Part shown: piece by piece, positions 39,150 to 51,560 of the stretch | Layout of the letters: each line of letters starts with the position of its first letter | Position numbering within the stretch: position 1 is the first letter of the stretch | From: Haliotis rufescens | Lineage: Eukaryota | Length of the DNA: 64,000 bases | Reading direction: 5' to 3' | Assembly (NCBI RefSeq): GCF_023055435.1 | Contig: NW_025963802.1 | Span: forward strand, 5,704,001 to 5,768,000 | Position numbers and translations under genes: made by a program | The notes under the pieces: model-generated | Databases searched by the model: none | The model's input: the letters and a program-made list of their open reading frames with translations, nothing else | What the model was told of the DNA's origin: nothing

Positions 39150-40029
39150 ACAATGTTCAATGCTCAGTGAGTGATACGAGGTTCACGTCCCCTTTCAACA
39201 ATATTACAGTTATATGGCGGGGAATACCAACAAAAAAAATGGGCGTCACACATTGTATACACATTGTAAGGAATAAGTGAACACTTTGACCACACGCGAG
39301 GTTGTGCCCGGAATATGAACGGCGTTTGCTAGTAACTGAGTGAATGTTTTCTGCAACAATCAGCGACACGTCAGCCATATCGCTGCCGCCTGAAAATAAA
39401 CCTGGGCCAAACAAACCAGTGGTTGATAGTGTGAGCAAAGCCGACGGGACACAAAGACTTTCACCCTAGACATCATCTCGTGCTGGGCTTCTGAAACGAT
39501 AGTTTTGTACATCATATGACTTTCCTGTGACAAGAAAAAAAAATATGACAGGTTTAATCTCACAAAAATTTGACAAAAGAGTTCCCTCACATATTGAATA
39601 GTGCATTTGACAGCAGAATAGTTGTTGCAGCTTATATATACATCGTTATAACTATTTCACATGAAATCAAATTCGACAGTTGTTTCATTTAGAATGTTGT
39701 CACATTGTCGCTATTTCGAATCCATTTCAAATGATCCTGATAGTTATTAACATGCACTCACACTTTAAGAAGAAGAAATTAGATACTTGACTTATATTTT
39801 TTTGTTTGAGTTTCGTTTGTTAATGACTGAAAATACATCCCTGGCCACACGTTTTATTCAAACTGTCTCCGTTTGACTCCACCTTGACACGGAAGTTCAA
39901 ATCTTCATAGCTGTTAAGTTTCTGGCAGCTGACCATGTGCAGGCCATAATGTCGTGCAAGTAGCGTCCCGATGGAGGACACAGTCAACGATGGTTTCTCC
40001 GGTTTTGCAAGCGTGATGGCGTCCAACAT
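39150..40029 (-). pseudogene. HYKK: HYKK-like copy C: 5' fragment (frameshifted exon 1, first ~9 codons of exon 2)
   Basis: MLDAITLAKPEKPSLTVSSIGTLLARHYGL... is paralogous to copy A. A 2-nt deletion near 39828 causes a frameshift. Exon 2 (EAQHEMMSRV, from ~39491) is fused to intron-2-like sequence. Exons 3-5 were not found. Confidence 0.8.
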
Positions 40030-40099
40030 TATGTTGATCTGTGGACGGCAAAAGGAGACCAGTAGTTATATACTCCTAAATAAAGTAGGGGATCATGAA

Positions 40100-40767
40100 C
40101 TATAAATGTTAATGCTAAGTGAAACAATGTGTTAACCCAGAAACCGAACTAAGAGTAAAACAACCAACACATGGTTTACAATTAACAATTGTATTACACA
40201 ATTAACCTGAATTAATCAAAACAAATTACTGCACAACAATTACAATGGCACTACACAATAGAATGGTAGTACAATATTCAATGAGCAGTTTAGCAAACAC
40301 AAAAATACAGCGGTGACAGCAAAAGCTAGTGATAATACTATATATTCACCTAGCGGCGACAGTGGTCAAACTTCCGAGATGGCCCAGGCAGGGAATTAGG
40401 GGCGACGAGCGATCCTCACAAAAAAGCCGGTATTCATGTGGTGAAATGTGTTAGGGATACGTAAACACACCCTAGTCCACTATATATACAGCCTAACAAA
40501 CTACTGAAAGATTCCATACCATGCCCTCACCAGTCTAGCAGCACTAGAACATAACAGAACTTTACATATGTTTCTATAACATACGGTTCTGGGACCGTAA
40601 GTTCACACAAAGCCACTACTTTCTGACGACTGCTTACATTAAATGTTACCACATTCCTGACGACTAATAACTGCCCAATTACAATGCAATGAGCGTCTAC
40701 CGAATTGCAACAGAAACAATGTAACACAGTTACAATAGTTGTTCAACAATAAAATACTCTTATATCA
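40100..40767 (-). repeat. Putative 3' LTR of the Gmr1-like element (left boundary approximate)
   Basis: Begins with TG immediately after the polypurine tract (40768-40779); TATA-like TATATATA near 40481-40488. No 5' LTR is recognisable. Confidence 0.5.
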
Positions 40768-43700
40768 CTCGCCCCCTTCGGAGAAAGAAAGTTTGAACAC
40801 AGTGAGAACTTTCTTTGCAAATAAAAGTACCAAAATACTGCTGAATACAGTAAATAATTATAAACATTATAAATGATAACTAAGAGAAATGTTTACCAAG
40901 AAATGTTGATCATGTTTGTAGTAAGAACATTTTATGAAGCCAAGTCAGTGGATTGTGATCAGTGTACACTTGAACAGGAAACAAAGTAGTTCCCAAGTAC
41001 ACTTCAAATTGTTGCAAAGCTAACAATAGAGCAAGAGGTTCTTTTTCAATGGTGGAATAATTTCTCTGATTGTTCGTCAAATAATTGATATTCGTGAATA
41101 ATAACAAACAGGGTGACAAAAGCCTGATGCATCTGCCTGCAACAAGACAGCTCTAGCACCAATGTTACTAACATCTACAGCTGATTTGAAATATTTTTCA
41201 AAGTTTGGTGCTTGGAGAACAGGAGAAATCATGAGAATAGCTTTAATTTCCTCAAAAGCAGCCGGACAACTGCTGTCCCAAACATCACATTTTTGCCCAG
41301 CAACTTAGTGAGAGAGGCTACCACATGTGAGAAATGTTTCAAACTTTACTCTAGTAACCAGCCATACCCAGAAATCTCATAAGTTCCTTTCTGTTTTGTG
41401 GAAGTTTAAAATAGCTTCAACCTTTGCTTGTACAGGCTGTACCTGACCTACACTTGTACAGATTCACTTTTCACTAAATTTTCAGTCAACTTGGCTTCAG
41501 TGTGTCACTCGAAGAATGCATGGTTTCTCTTCAGGTGTTCAACACTCTCAAGATTGGCTGTAATGTCATTTGTCATTAATGAGACCCTGGTTGATGGCTG
41601 GAGCGTTCTTGAGCCCAAATGTCATCACTTTGTGTTGATAAAGTCCATCTGGAGTCACAAAAGCTGATACCCACTTGGCACGCTAAATCAGTGGAATCTG
41701 CCAATACCCCTTCTAAAGGTCATACTTGCTTACATACTTGGCTTGACTAATTCTGTTGATGCAGTCATTGATTCTTGGTAATGGATAAGAGTCAGTTTTA
41801 GAAACAGCGTTTACACGTTTCATGTCAGTATAACATCTGTAACTACCATCAGGATTTGGCACAAGAATGCAAGGTGAACTCCAGTCACTATGACTTGGTC
41901 GTTGGCGTGACGAGCGCACGCTTTAACCACTAGGCTACCCGACCTTACCCCATGACATACTAAATCTGGACGGCCAGGTACATGAACATCTGTGTTACTC
42001 TGACACTTGAGCCTTTTGCTCAGATGTCAAATGATTTAACTAAGCATCCAGCTAATCCTTAAAAATTGTTTAGCTTAGGGCTAGCTTAATCAGTAATGCC
42101 ATCAAACTTGACAAATTCACAATTCTCACCAGTGTCATTCTCTGATACAATATCCACAGGTGAAACAGTAGCAACACACTGAGTAGGTGATTGTCATTTC
42201 TTTCATGATACTTTCTGTTCATATTGACATGACAAAGCTGTGTCTTTTTACGATGGCATGGTGTTTGTACAACATAGTCAGTAACACTGGTTTTCTGTCA
42301 ATAACATATGGACCATGGTACCTAGCATGTAATGCCTGACCAGGTTTAGGCAGAAACACTTAGACTTTATCACCAGGACTGAAATTTCTCTTGTGACTTT
42401 TTGTCATATTGTACTCTCATTTTATCCTGGATTTCGTTCAAGTTATCCCAAGCAACTAAACACGTTTTAGAAAGCCTAGCTCGAAATGATAAGACATACT
42501 CCAACAAACTCATTTCAGACCTATCATTAAGCCAATGCTCCTTTAAATGCTTTAAAGGTCCACGAACAGATAGGCCAAAGACAAGATCAAAAGGACTAAA
42601 ACCTAGGGACTCCTGAACTGACTTCCTCACAGCAAGCAGCAACAAATGAATGCCTTAATCCCAATACTTCTCAGTCTCAAAACGGAAATCCTGATCATAT
42701 TCTTAAGAGTCTGATGAAAGCTCCTTGAGATTCATGATAATATACATTAGGTTTTATCTGAGTAATGCCTAACTGGTGCATAACCTGTTGGAAAACTCCT
42801 GGCATTCAATTATAGCCTTGATTTGACTGTATAATCTAAGGCAAACCAACCATGGTGAAGAACTTTACCAATCGCTTGATAATAACCTTAGCTGTAATTT
42901 TCCGTAAAGGAATAGCCTCTGGAAACCTTGTGGAAGCATACATGATAGTAAGCATGTACTGATTTCCTGGCTTAGTGTTAGGCAAAGGACCAACACAATC
43001 AATGATGACCCTGCTGAAAGGTTCTTCAAAAGCTAGAATGGCTTTCAAAGGTGCAGATGGGATTTTCTGACTAGGTTTGCCAACCATTTGACACAAGTGG
43101 CAACCTTTGCAAAATTCAGCCACATCATGCCACAGATATGGCCAAAAGAAATGGGACAAAACTTTGTCACAAGTTTGGTTCACACCCAAATGACATGTGC
43201 CAAATTCAAAACATGCTTTCGATATCAATTTAGAAGAACAATTTGATATGAAGTTTCCATTCATTATCAGCAGGTACATTTTGAAGCCTCCATTTCCTCA
43301 TCAAAATGCTATCTTTGTAATAATAGTAAACTGGAACTTTGTCAACTTCAACTAAAGAGAGTGCCCTGTTGGCAAGAACTTTGAGTAGTGGGTCTACCAC
43401 CTGTAACTTAACTAACTGCTCCCTACCCGGACTGGTTCCTCTTCAGCCGAACTGTCAAAAGTTTATGTACTATCCCTCGAAAATTTAGACAGGTCAAGAG
43501 AGTAATCCAAAAAGTGCCAGCCAAATCATAACTGGATTCATTCTCAGATGAACTTTGCTTAGTCATAGCATGAGCAACAACACACAAAGGCAAAATACCC
43601 GGAATTTCTTTTTCAAGATTTTCAGTAGTTTCTGAAATGCTAGGCTCAAGACAAACAGTAGGATCAGCTAAACATCTTTCCCCTGCCAAATCATTCCCAA

Positions 43701-44930
43701 TGAGCAAGTCTACACCTTTTACAGGTAGAGTTTCTACAACCCCACCTTGACCAACCCAGACATCTATCTTCAACTTTAAAAAAATGGAGTGGTGAACTGG
43801 TAAAACGACATAAACCCTCTAACAAAACCTCAGAGTTCGCTGATGACTCCTCAGAAAGTGGCAAAATACCATCCAATATCAGAGAATGAAGAGCACCGGT
43901 ATCCCTCAAAACGGCTTAACATTGGAACTGTCACCTTTAGCTGACACAAAACTTTACTTACAAAAGGTAAGTACTTCTCTCTCACAACAACAGACTTTGA
44001 TGACTGGTCTGCAACAGCTAAATCCTGATTAACTAAACGGCTCTGACGTGACATTCACAAAAGCATTCGGGGAACAGCTTTCTACACTCAGAAATGATGT
44101 CTTCTGGCTTGCGACAATATCTACTAATAGCCTCTGACGAAAATCAAGAAGTGTTTTAGACCCAGCTGGAGTAGAACTTAGAACTTTTTGTAAAAAAATG
44201 AACTTTCAATTCCTGATTTGTAAGCCTGTGAATACCTGCCTGTAATCCCTGACTGCTTAAAACTAATCCTGTGAGTTAGCGAATAATCATCAGCCAAAGT
44301 AGCAGCATTGTGTGACTGATGGACTTTCTGCTCATCAAGATATGTCAGAATATCCGTTGTCATAAACTTCTTAAAATCCTCCAGCAAAACCAACTGCCTC
44401 AAACTATTAAGATCACTATTGGCCTCTTTTGAAGTACACCACCTTATAAACAAAGTTTCTTTCTCCCTTGCAAACTCAACAAAAGTAGAACCATCCCTTT
44501 TCTTTGCAGGCCTAAACTTTTCTAAAAGGTTTCAGGAACCAATTCATAAGCCTTCAAAACTTCAGCCTTACCAACCTGGTAATCAGAACTCCTCTCAATA
44601 GGTAAGGCAGAATATACTTCCTGATATTTTCCCCCTAACACACTTAACAACAACATGGTCCACTGATGATAAGGCTATTACTAACTGTTAGACACCTTTT
44701 CATATAAGGGTGGAACAATTCTAATCTGCTTTGAAAGATCAAACAATTCATCACCTGTTGGGGTATGGTGAGAGAGACAATTCTGTAATTCTTAGTTCTT
44801 TAATTTTAATTTCTTGATCAGTTTCCTATTTCAATTTTGTTTCAGCATCTTTTTCTTTTAACTTAATCTGAAATTCCCTCCCTTTCTCTGGTTCCAATTC
44901 TCTGTGCCGAATTTCTCTTTCAAATTCTTA
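40100..44930 (-). mobile_element. Decayed Gmr1-like Ty3/Gypsy LTR retrotransposon (gag-PR-IN-RT-RH)
   Basis: In transcription order: gag (LRQLVLLEDFK, 44178-44453), protease RDTGA (~43900), integrase HLGV..FFWP..C..C..CQ and PFSRVIIDCVGPLP (42370-43279), RT WSSPCILVP.PDGS...YPLPRI (41713-41900), RNase H NYSTIEKE...YTDHNPL (40910-41119), then PPT GAAGGGGGCGAG and TG at 40767. Many stops and frameshifts. Confidence 0.9.
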
Positions 44931-45186
44931 TTTCAACCAGGCGGTTAACAACAAATGCCAACTTTCAACGTCTGACGCGACCGGGGATCGAACCCCGCAC
45001 CTTCCACTCTCCAGGCGGACGCTCTACCTCTAGACCACGGAGGCGGTCAAGGGTGAAATAACATATCTATTGGATAAATTTGTTTCCAGATAAATCAGAT
45101 TTGCTCGCTTTGTGACGAGTTTAGAAGATTGGCTTGATTTGTTCACCTGAGGCCACCTCCTATGACAGTGTCCTCACAGTGGTCAC

Positions 45187-45351
45187 GGGGGCGGTCGGGT
45201 AGTCTTGTGGTTAAAGCATTTGCTCGTCACGCCGAAGACCCGGGTTCGATTCCCGACATGGGTACAATGTGTGAAGCCCATTTCTGGTGACCCCCGCCGA
45301 GATATTGCTGGAATATTGCTAAAAGTGGCGTTAAACCATACTCACTCACTC
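45187..45351 (+). mobile_element. SINE family A, full length
   Basis: A/B boxes and (CACT)n tail; TSD CAGTGGTCAC. Confidence 0.9.
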
Positions 45352-48300
45352 AGTGGTCACACAGAAAGGCATCGAATCGGAGGAAATGATCTGATTTTAA
45401 TAAGATTGTTTGTTTCATCGCACGAGTTTCCCCACAAGAGCTAGTCTGTCATAAAGACCCTATATTCAATACAGCCCATGCAAGTATATAATAGCGGGTA
45501 AGTCTAGATAGCTGTAGTTTCAGAAAAATGAACAGAGTCCTTTGGCTCATTTTTAATATATTTTATTAAGATAACTAAACAAATATGTTCATTTCATAGA
45601 CAAGAACTGGCAATGTGTCACCACAGACCAGAGAATCCTGGGCATAGTATAAGCTTCACATGTAGATATGACAGACACAATTACGAATAACAAAAAGCTT
45701 TGAGGTTTTAATACACTACGTAAGGGGTATGACATCTGATATAAGGGTTGACCTCTGTCGAGACTAATAACATTTACTTCATGCACAACGTAGTATATAT
45801 ACATGGCGTGCGTGTTTTAATTAATTAAGACGGCCGCAGGCATTTCGATGACACTATGAATATGGCAATGAAAACTCTATTAAGAAGACTTATACAATTT
45901 TAGTCATCATCATCATCATCATCATCTCGAAATCATCAGTCAGACACGAGTGTTACCTTGCAGGTCCTGGCAATGTTCGCCACTCTCTGACCAACTGTTC
46001 TGTGTCCATTTTCCACAGTTGACGAAGTCGTGGCCAGCTTATCTTAGCCGTGTTAAGCGTGTAGACGTTACTTGGATCAACATTGAACGAGTAGGCGCCG
46101 ATTACCAGTGACTGGGTGATGCGCGCGCATACATATATCTTTAACACATCAATTTCTCTGTCTGACAAATTATTCTGGGTTAGATAGCCTGCCAGAACAT
46201 ACCCGGATGCAGTTTGTGGTGGGATGTTGTCGCTAAGGATTGACATGTACGCCATTGCTATGGCAACCTCAAAGATGTATGGCAGATAACCATTGTGAGC
46301 ATAATCCAAGATGGCGGACACATCGTGCTCATCCCTCCATCTGTCGTCATCGGCAGCTTCAGTTACCAGGATGTTCCCTTCGTTAAAATCCCCATGGATC
46401 GTTCCTAAAAAATATGTATTAATTTCCACTGTCTCATTCGCACAATAAATTATAACATCCCTGCAAATAATGAGATCGTTTAATAACTATATATAAATTC
46501 CTTAAACTGATGATTCCCAAACAATCATAAAACATAACGAGTGTTGATTCGAATGAGGTTTAACGCTGGTTTGAACAGAATATTGTTACATCACCTCGTG
46601 TCAACCTGAAGCTAGGCATTGGGGACTCATTCTAAGTGCCACTTAATCGCAGACCGTCGTTACATTTTCATGCTATCTTTAGCGTCACTTTGGTTTTCTA
46701 CAAACGTCCTAACTGGTGGTGATAACACTAGCGTCATGTGTGGAGAATGAATTCCATTGTTAAGAGATTAGGTCACGTGTTACTATAAGTCTTCCAGTCT
46801 TTGGGTATCGTTTGATGGCATCCTTTAATGTTCGATAACAAATTGACTCAGGTTGTGGTCGTCTACCGTAAGGCTGTGGTGATCCGGGAGCGTGGGTAAG
46901 GTGCAGACAGGTCTAGGATCTGTACAGGGTCGAATCCTACTCGCGTTCAATTTCAAAACCCTGGACGACATTCTGAACCCTGTTGACCAAGGTATGTCCC
47001 AATGTACGTCATACTTCGGTTTTAAGGACACAGAACCAACAGAAAGCTATCAGGTTAAATTCGACACGAGCTCAAATTCAGGGCTTGCTGCTATTGTACG
47101 TGTAGAACGCGTAGTACGTAACTAGTGAAGTGACTGAATGTTGTTAACGTCGCAGTCAACAATATTTCAGCTATATGGCGACCACCTGCAACAGAAGATA
47201 GTAGTTAGCTGCAACAGAGCATAACTACCGGATCTCCAGTTTACTCGCCTCTGACGACAAGCTACTTGTGAAATGCCTTGATGACGTCACTGGCCATCTC
47301 TCTGTCACCATTGTCCTCTACCATGTGTAGCAAGTTAACAATCATCGGCAGATGGTCAAGATGCCAGATCACTTGGTTGTCATGTAAACCAGAATGGTCG
47401 AAACCCTGTGTCGAGTTGAAAACGTAAGCAATTTTTTTAGACACATAAAGGCCAAAATTGTTTGATAGGCATAACTTAGAAGTTGACGGGTGACAAGGAA
47501 GACACATTTAAAAAAAAAAATTATGGATAAAAACTTCTTCAATACATTACGTATTAAATGTATTAAAGAAGTTGTTGTCTATAAAATTGTGTCTACCTTG
47601 ACAAAAAGGCCAAACAAACAGTCCAATCATTTTTCAGAAATATGTTTCCACTTTTCAAAAATTGGAACTATTTCATGTCACCCGGACCGTTATAGTATCA
47701 ATGGGTCGAGACAAGTGCTGAACAAAGCAAAGACCCTAAAATGACTGTGGTATCTGTGACATAAGTAACACAGTGCGTGTCACGGCGCTTAACTAACGAT
47801 TACACCGCCGTCTTGAAATTGTCAATCTGTTGTCTTCGGTGTCTTCAATGGGCAGCTGCTGCCTCCCCTGTATCATCGCAAATATTGGTCACACCCGATA
47901 TTGACATTGTTAATTGAGTTGTTACACCAGCCCTCTTTCAAGTTGTATCGCCCTGTGTCAGGGCGCTGTGGTCCAATGATCAGGAGTGTCATTAAACTAG
48001 AACTAAGTCCTACAGTAAACATGGTAATAGGTTCACAGGTTGGTTAATAACGGTTAATAGATGACGATAAAAGATCAGATAAACTCAATCTGCGCTGACA
48101 AAGAACTCTGATTAATAACATCAGAGCAAATACGCAAGCGTCTGAGTTAAGTAACTCTATTACAGTAATAAAATGAGAGTAGCTAAAACAACACTTTGAC
48201 AAGATACCGACCAGATGCATAGACAGCCAATCAGGCCGTCTGCGGCTGGGTTAAATGACGGGAAATAAACAGAGGGCCTATCCCTAAAATAAGTCACCCT

Positions 48301-50121
48301 GACTATAAAATTAGACGAGAAAGCCAAATCAAAGTAGTATTATCGACTAAAGATTCAGTCACTTTGACTGAGCAAGGAAATACTAAAAATTCCCAAATAG
48401 CTAGGCAGTCACGGGAAGGTTGGTTATCCACGGATTAATAGAAAAAAATCGGAGTATTGCAAACCCTAGTTATTAAGTAGCTAGACAATGACGGGAAAGT
48501 TGGTTATTCACGGATTACTAGAAAAACTGATTATTACAAACCCAAGCTACTAAGTTTAGTTCAGTACAACGAGACTAAGTCAGATCCTAGCCTGAACAGT
48601 GTCCCGAGACCACTTACTGACGAAACCTGAGTTTCGAACGTGACCACCCCAGTTGTGAGACAATCGTAAACGATTTAACGAAGTCTGAGGGGTTAATACA
48701 TTCGTGACCAACTCGTGTTAATCCGGGACAAGCCGAATAGCGACTCGTGCCACTCGCGTGGTCATTTTTGCAACCGGGTACCGTCTTAGCGCAAACGGGC
48801 ATACCTAAAACAATTGTCAACTCGTTGCGCAATGGTTCACATATATTTCCCCACATATCATATATATTTCAGATGCAATTTAAAGCACATCAGGACACGC
48901 GAAATTATACAGTATGATTGAACACATTTAACTGTGTGTTGGGTATATTTTTAGACGCAAGACATTTTGTAAAAACAGAAATTATTTCTGAGGGATTCTT
49001 TGACGAAGAACTTGAAATCATACGCGCATTCTGATTGGTTTGTCGTATTTTCGCACATAACATTCATCGATAGGGGCACGAGTCTACTTGCAGGTTACGG
49101 AAAGGGGCGAGTGGTGACGAATGGGGTTAATACACAAAACCTGACAGAAGTATAAATATGATGGAGTGTTTAGCCAAACTGTTTCTAAACATTGGAAAAC
49201 GCGATTAGCAAACTAACTACTATATCAATACTGTATCAACATAAAGCGCTGAACGTACATGTAAGCTGTGCAACAGTATCATTAAGGATATACAACAAGC
49301 TATGTAGAGTAAACTACGGTTATAACGAACTCGAAGGGCAGCCACTAATTGTAGTTCGTAATAACCGTTGTTCGTTATAAGCATATACACAACATATAAA
49401 CAACAAATGGTCGGTAACAAATGTTATATTTGGGATAACACTTTCTTAGTAAAGTACAGATTCTCGTACTTTTTTGGGTTGAGTCCCGTCCCGAGTGTTT
49501 GTCGGTTACACTACTTGTTATATTGTATCACAAAATCTAGTCAACTGTGATCCCACAGGAAATAGTTTGAAGAGGTATTTGGAGGAGTTATCACTTGTTA
49601 TTCTTGCTTACAGCATTTTCTCAGATGAGAAATTAAAGACTAATGAGGTTACACATCGACAACAGTCTAAAACTATGTCTATTGAAATTATCATTTGGTA
49701 TTCTTACTAGAAGATATTCCCTAACATTTAAAACTTGCACGTATGTACTAATCAAGTGGTTTAATCATACTGGTGTTAACATACACATAAATAGGTGTAT
49801 TGATGGTTATTTTTCAATTATTATTTTGTACTAAAAATAGTCAGCCATTTGGTAACTTGCGATCTTAATATGCACATATAATGTTAAAATATGGCGTCCA
49901 ACAAAATTGACAGTTCCTTGGCTGCTGGAATAAGAAATTAAAGATGATGGTACAATGTAAGAAAAAGGCTTACAATGTTTTACTTGGAAACGTTTATACA
50001 TATTTTAATGTACATACGATGTCTCGTAAGCCTGTAAAGGCTGGGTGCAATACCGATGATAATTGATTTTTTTGTTTTTATGCAGTATGTATATGTTTTT
50101 TGCACGTGACATCTCAATGAA

Positions 50122-50189
<68 letters not shown>

Positions 50190-50289
50190 GTAATAAAACC
50201 GTATTTCTAAATATGTTACGTCAGCGGGTTAAAAGACAGCTTTTTTCAGGTTTTGCATTGTGATTTATCCAAAAGCCCCCAAATGGTTT

Positions 50290-50490
50290 ATTATGCAGTT
50301 TAAAACATTCACTTCATGTGATAACTGTTTGAGTAGTATTACTGTAAATAAATTAAGGACCACATTGATTCGTTTTTGGCTCAGTTCTCACAATTTAGAA
50401 ATTGAACGTGGGCGACATTTAAATATTCCCCGTGAATTTAGAAGATGTAAAGTTTGTGGCTTAAACCATATCGAAAATGAAGTCCAGCTT
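50290..50490 (+). mobile_element. LINE ORF2 C-terminal fragment (same class as 2740-3400)
   Basis: LSSHNLEIERGRHLNIPREFRRCKVCGLNHIENE motif. Confidence 0.75.
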
Positions 50491-50629
50491 GTAGCCATCT
50501 TAGGCAAAGTTACCAAAAAACTAAATTTTCCATTTTTCTATATATCTGAAGTTTAATACACTACTGTCATCGCAAGGCACTATTATCAATATGAATACAG
50601 CAAAGTACTTGTTTTACGCCAATGCTGTA

Positions 50630-51560
50630 AAATAAAGCGACAAAACCCTTTCCCTATCCAATAGAAATCTCTGCATAAAGCAGAGTTGATTGTACGACTC
50701 CGACTCTATCATGAGCATGTGTTTAGGAATCAGTATCAAATAGTAATGATGCCAGGTGTTCGCGAAAAGGTGAGCATATCCTGCCCCACCGGTGGCACAC
50801 GTCACAAACACATGCAAAGGCAAGTCACCTGAAAGAACACGGGAACATATGGTACAAGTCAAAACAGGGAATTGCATCAGACATTATTGTTGTCACTGAT
50901 GCGTCAGATTTGGAAGTGTCCTCAACATGTCCGCCATAAAACCTTTTGAAAGCTTTACTGAGGCCTTGAATGTTGTAACCTTGATCAAACAACCTCTGAG
51001 CAAGAGTCGTATGACGCTCTTTGAAATCTTGGTAGAAACAGCATTTTTGATTGTATCTCAAAAGTTGTGAAATGTAAACACCAAAGGCTGGAGCTGCTGG
51101 AATATTGCTCAAAATGAAGGGAAATTTTACTGTTGGAAAATTTAAGTCATCTGTCTTGTCATACAGTCGGGTGGAGAGTGTTTTTCATTCTGAATCTTTA
51201 TGCATATATCTAAATATGAAACAGATGAGGCGGTCTCATCGGTCTCCTTTATTTCTAGTTCCGGTGGGAAAATCAGAGGAAGGGGATTGGCTATTTGATT
51301 GTTATCAGACCATCGATATACCTTAAGCTTAAGTTAAACTTCTTGGCCAAATTACCTTGTTTTGGCCTTGCCAATCCGAACTGAAATTCCGATTAACATG
51401 CATAAAGAAACAGATCCGCAAGAAGGGGATCACAATTGGTGCCTATTGGGATGCCTACGTCTTGCCTAATGTAAGAACACAAATACTCCAACTTTGATGA
51501 TATGCAAGTATGTTAACACTGCTTTTGTTAAAAGCAGAAGAATGTGTTGTATTTTATACT
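50630..51560 (-). mobile_element. Penelope-like (Naiad-like) element: RT core, thumb and 3' UTR, decayed
   Basis: GIPIGTNCDPLLADLFL (~51400-51455), RYIDG (decayed YIDD, ~51310-51324) and LYDKTDDLNFP..KFPF..SNIPAAPAFGVYISQLLRY. The ORF ends without a C-terminal GIY-YIG domain. Confidence 0.85.

Noticed and set aside
48615-48642. CTGACGA...CGAAC as a hammerhead ribozyme core
   Set aside because: GAAC instead of GAAA, a mismatched base pair closing stem II, and no stems I/III. Other CTGANGA hits I checked also lacked a core.
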